Assembly: GCA_963704655.1 (NCBI GenBank)
Contig: OY969927.1
Location: forward strand, 1,152,001 to 1,216,000
From: an uncultured Candidatus Babeliaceae bacterium
Lineage (GTDB): Bacteria; Babelota; Babeliae; Babelales; Babelaceae
Direction of reading: 5' to 3'
DNA length: 64,000 nt
The position numbers and the translations under genes were made by a program. Positions 58,901 to 64,000 of the stretch are shown piece by piece; within the stretch, counting starts at the first letter, position 1; each line of letters begins with the position of its first letter. Below the pieces are notes generated by a model. That model searched no databases, had not been told where the DNA came from, and worked only from the letters and a program-made list of their open reading frames with translations.

Positions 58901-60280
58901 ATGAAACGTTTTTTTTATGCACCTATTTTTTTTCTTCTTTTACATAATCAGCTCGTGGCTCTTGAAGCTGCCCAAAAATGTAAAGTGCGATTTAGAACTT
59001 TACCAAAAGAAATAACAGAAATGGTTCAATTATACGCTATTCATAATGAATTATTTCCGGAAAAAAAGTATGTTGAAGCGCAGCGATTTGAAGAGAGCTT
59101 GTTAAGGAATTTTGCGCTATTTCCAGATGGCAAAAGGATAGCGTTGCAGCTCTGGAATGACGTGACTGTCTATGATCTTGAAAAGGGTACATTATTACAA
59201 AAAATTGGATATCGAGATATTAAAGGGATTGATGTTTTTCCCTGTAATAAAAAAGTCGCTATCCTTGCTGGGGAAAAAGTTCGTGTTTGGGACTTGGAAA
59301 AGAATGTTTCTTCTGTACATGGTGGATATTATGACGATGCTAGAATAGCTGTTTTTAACGATGGCAAAAGAATAGTTTTTGGTAAAAGTTTTCCTAAATT
59401 AGTAAATCTTGAATCTAATGGCGCAGAACCAAATCATCAATTTTATAGCAATATGTATGATGCAGCGACAAAAGATTTAAAAGTTTTCCCTTCTGGTGAT
59501 AAGCTTGCAACCACAGATGAGCGTTGTGTTATTATCTGGGATGTTGCTACAGGCAAAAAACAACACTTTTTACATCATGCAAGCAGAGTATCTTCAATTG
59601 CGATATTTCCCGATGAGCAAAAAATAGCCACTGCTTCAGGTAGAGAAATAACTATCTGGGATGCTATAAAAGCAACTAAATTAAAAGAGCATCGTTCTTC
59701 AGCGAGCATTTACACATTAGATATATCTTCAGATGGTAGCAAGATAGCTTATGGTGGCAATAATAGTGAGGTTGAAATACGGGACACACAAAATTGGCAC
59801 TTGTTACATTCTATTGGTGTAGGTGACCATGTAAATGGTGTTAGATTTCTTCCCAATTCGTCTGACTTTATATCGCGAACAATGGGTAGTGTAAAACTTT
59901 GGGTTGAAGCTAAACCATACATGATGAAATATTTAGAGAAAAATACCGATCGTGATATAAAGTTCTTGTTATGGCTTTTTTTAAAGTATAAAAATTTTTT
60001 ACATGAAGAATATCCTGCAAGAAGCTGTATGCGTATACAAGATGTTGTTTCCTTTGCAAAAAAATTAAACCCCAAAAAAGATATTTCTGTTGATAGTTTA
60101 ACAGCTATAAGAAATAGAATGCCTAAAGATATTCAGCGCGTTTTAGCAAGATCCTTAGGTATTTACTCGTGCTCAGATGAAAAAATTGATCAGAAAGTAC
60201 AAAGTATTCGCCTGTTTGAACTTCAAGATAGACCGAGAAAAGAGGCCCTTGCGCGGGCTTATGCTGCTTTGAGAGGCTAA
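58901..60280 (+). CDS. Secreted WD40 repeat protein with an F-box-like N-terminal motif
   Basis: FRTLPKEITEMV after the signal peptide; VRVWD, IIWD, TIWD repeats. Confidence 0.8.
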   Translation: MKRFFYAPIFFLLLHNQLVALEAAQKCKVRFRTLPKEITEMVQLYAIHNELFPEKKYVEAQRFEESLLRNFALFPDGKRIALQLWNDVTVYDLEKGTLLQKIGYRDIKGIDVFPCNKKVAILAGEKVRVWDLEKNVSSVHGGYYDDARIAVFNDGKRIVFGKSFPKLVNLESNGAEPNHQFYSNMYDAATKDLKVFPSGDKLATTDERCVIIWDVATGKKQHFLHHASRVSSIAIFPDEQKIATASGREITIWDAIKATKLKEHRSSASIYTLDISSDGSKIAYGGNNSEVEIRDTQNWHLLHSIGVGDHVNGVRFLPNSSDFISRTMGSVKLWVEAKPYMMKYLEKNTDRDIKFLLWLFLKYKNFLHEEYPARSCMRIQDVVSFAKKLNPKKDISVDSLTAIRNRMPKDIQRVLARSLGIYSCSDEKIDQKVQSIRLFELQDRPRKEALARAYAALRG

Positions 60281-60367
60281 CTTACTTAAAAAATTGTTTC
60301 TTGATCACAACTTCTTTTATACTTAAATGGTTTGTGCGTTTTTGGGAAACACTTTTTAGGGGATCAT

Positions 60368-60820
60368 ATGAAGAAAGTAATAACGCTACTATTTTTTTGT
60401 ATACCTATGCACGCAGTTGGGGATAGGCTCATACAATCTTATTTTGGTAATCGGCTTGCAGAAAGTTCTAGCAAGGACCGTGTCGAAATTTTTTGGGTTG
60501 GGGAAGAAAGTAAATTTAAAGTCAGAACTATCGGAATTTCGCCCAGAGAATTTAATACCAAAGATGAACTCTCTGTTAATGCTTTGGTTTGGAGTGACGA
60601 TGGTCGGTATCTTGCTATCGGTTCAAAAGATTGGGTAGAGGTGTGGGACACAGCTTACCAATGTTTTGCAGAAATATCCCCAGATGACACTTTAGTTGCT
60701 CTATGTGCAGAATGCAAAAAGAGGCAAGCTTGTGTAATTGGCCGTGTTACTCAGATTGCCCCAAAAATAAAGGCTTTGAAGGACCGTTTTGAAGAGTTAA
60801 GCAAAAATACAAACCGTTAG
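60368..60820 (+). CDS. Secreted protein with a single WD40-like repeat
   Basis: VNALVWSDDGRYLAIGSKDWVEVWD. Confidence 0.7.
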   Translation: MKKVITLLFFCIPMHAVGDRLIQSYFGNRLAESSSKDRVEIFWVGEESKFKVRTIGISPREFNTKDELSVNALVWSDDGRYLAIGSKDWVEVWDTAYQCFAEISPDDTLVALCAECKKRQACVIGRVTQIAPKIKALKDRFEELSKNTNR

Positions 60821-60822
60821 TT

Positions 60823-61065
60823 TTATTTGTTAGCAAACTGTGCTTGTCTGTCTTTATAGACTTGAAATTTTACAGCCTTTTGACGCTGTTCGGCAGAAGC
60901 GCCTGATGATGGGTTTAGGATATCTATAATAATATTAAGTTGTACTTCGCCGTAGGGTAAACGTGCAGCCAGTTTAAGTTGATCATTAATTTCCTGAGAT
61001 TCTGCGTTCAGCGCAGTAATTAAAAAACTTACAGTTAGTAGCAAAAATAAATTTCTCAATTTCAT
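60823..61065 (-). CDS. Small secreted hypothetical protein
   Basis: RBS AAGGAG; signal peptide. Confidence 0.65.
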   Translation of the reverse strand: MKLRNLFLLLTVSFLITALNAESQEINDQLKLAARLPYGEVQLNIIIDILNPSSGASAEQRQKAVKFQVYKDRQAQFANK

Positions 61066-61133
61066 AATAATTACTCCTTTTATCCTTACTTTAATTCTAG
61101 CAGTAACTATATTTATAAATCAAGTGAATAATA

Positions 61134-62842
<1,709 letters not shown>

Positions 62843-62982
62843 TCAGATGTTTGGTGCGCTTTGGCGCACTGTTTTATGATAAAAATCAATTTGTATGTAG
62901 TATACCACTTTATTTTTTTGATGCACATGGTATGTTGGCAATGCACCTCCACCAATTGATGATCTTCTGAGTTCATCGATAG

Positions 62983-63017
62983 AACAGACGGTGAATTAAT
63001 TTTCACCGTCTGTTTTT
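62983..63017. terminator. Bidirectional terminator-like hairpin; core identical to 63659-63682
   Basis: GACGGTGAATTAATTTTCACCGTC. Confidence 0.75.
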
Positions 63018-63046
63018 ATCCAAATTTATATAAAATTCGAATTCCC

Positions 63047-63096
63047 CCCGCTTATCCCGAGTGAAACTGAGGGAAGCGAAATTTTGTATCGAGCGA
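63047..63096 (+). repeat. Degenerate palindromic repeat unit
   Basis: CCCGCTTATCCCGAGTG...TGTATCGAG. Confidence 0.6.
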
Positions 63097-63205
63097 CGGC
63101 TGGAAAGTGTTGGGGATATAATTGATTTAATATGTTATTATTTACTATATATAGAGTAATTTTTAAAAAAAATAATAATTTTATTTAACATGCAGGCGAA
63201 ATTAT

Positions 63206-63643
63206 ATGAATAATTATAGATTAATAGTATTAGTAATGTTGTTTCTAACCCCTTTTTTGCAGGCAGGCGGTGTTCTTAAAGGAATGACAGGTTCAGATGT
63301 TATCCGCAGATATAAAGATTTGGAAGAAATGGCAAAGAAAGCAAAGCAGCAAAGTACACCAGAAAATATTCAAACGCTCGATCAATTTGGAAAGGCTATG
63401 GCAAATAAATGGCAGGCGGAAACTATTGATTTTTTAAATGAGTGGGCCTTTAACGGCAAAGTTTATGAAGCTTATTCAGTTGGTGAAGATGAATTACGGG
63501 GTATAGACCTTAAAGAACAAGCTTTAATAAGTGAATTGATACAAGCTGGCTTTGTTACAACTGCAATAGATGATAACAAAGTATCCTTTGCATTAAAGAC
63601 ATATGATACATATATTTTAAAATTATATGGTTATATTGATTAA
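63206..63643 (+). CDS. Secreted hypothetical protein
   Basis: Signal peptide ending LQA. Confidence 0.75.
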   Translation: MNNYRLIVLVMLFLTPFLQAGGVLKGMTGSDVIRRYKDLEEMAKKAKQQSTPENIQTLDQFGKAMANKWQAETIDFLNEWAFNGKVYEAYSVGEDELRGIDLKEQALISELIQAGFVTTAIDDNKVSFALKTYDTYILKLYGYID

Positions 63644-63651
63644 AATTTATT

Positions 63652-63689
63652 AAAAAAGGACGGTGAATTAATTTTCACCGTCCTTTTTT
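63652..63689. terminator. Bidirectional terminator between convergent genes
   Basis: AAAAAAGGACGGTGAA..TTCACCGTCCTTTTTT. Confidence 0.85.
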
Positions 63690-63715
63690 AATAAACTATT
63701 TACGCTGCAAATTAT

Positions 63716-64000
63716 TTATGCCACTGACCCTTGCGTAGATTCTGGATGAGCGGGTGTGAGTTGCACTATAGCAACTGGTTTAATTTCTTGTGGCATTAAA
63801 ACGTGTTTAAGTACTTCGTTTGCGTGGTTAACCCAGATAAGATCAATATCTTTGGTAATCTCTTCAAGTCCTGCAATATCGCTCTTATTTTTATACGGCA
63901 AAATAATGTGCGTAATATGGTTTCGTTTTGCAGCCAAGATCTTTTCTTTTACGCCACCGATCCGCATAACATCACCTCGTAGGTTCAATTCCCCTGTCAT
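63716..64000 (-). CDS. lon: Lon protease C-terminal domain (partial)
   Basis: MTGELNLRGDV..IGGVKEKILAAKR. Confidence 0.92.
   Translation of the reverse strand: MTGELNLRGDVMRIGGVKEKILAAKRNHITHIILPYKNKSDIAGLEEITKDIDLIWVNHANEVLKHVLMPQEIKPVAIVQLTPAHPESTQGSVA

Overview
AT-rich bacterial chromosome segment. It most resembles Candidatus Dependentiae (TM6/Babeliae), intracellular parasites of protists. That assignment is an inference from gene style: scattered housekeeping genes (leuS, transaldolase, uvrB, alr, murJ, rpoD, dnaG, lgt, mnmG, atpD/atpC, lon) interleaved with about 40 orphan signal-peptide proteins and ankyrin, WD40, TPR and pentapeptide proteins. No rRNA, tRNA, CRISPR array, integrase or transposase was seen. 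Main observations: (1) A family of short palindromic REP/MITE-like elements (CCG..CCTGAG-[variable hairpin]-TCGAAGGG) occurs at about ten loci and is read in frame inside leuS, dnaG and mnmG. It also supplies the mnmG stop codon. (2) Orphan genes and a toxin-antitoxin module repeatedly sit between diverged direct repeats of a neighbouring gene end, promoter or terminator, and two coding duplicates differ mostly at synonymous sites. (3) Predicted mature N-termini of the secreted proteins are biased to M/A/S/G followed by D/E/Q/N. (4) Candidate host-directed effectors include a secreted HDAC11-like deacylase, an NLS/cyclin-motif paralog pair and an F-box-like WD40 protein. (5) A Leu-rich mini-ORF lies upstream of leuS. 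(6) rpoD is broken by two compensating indels, probably assembly errors.
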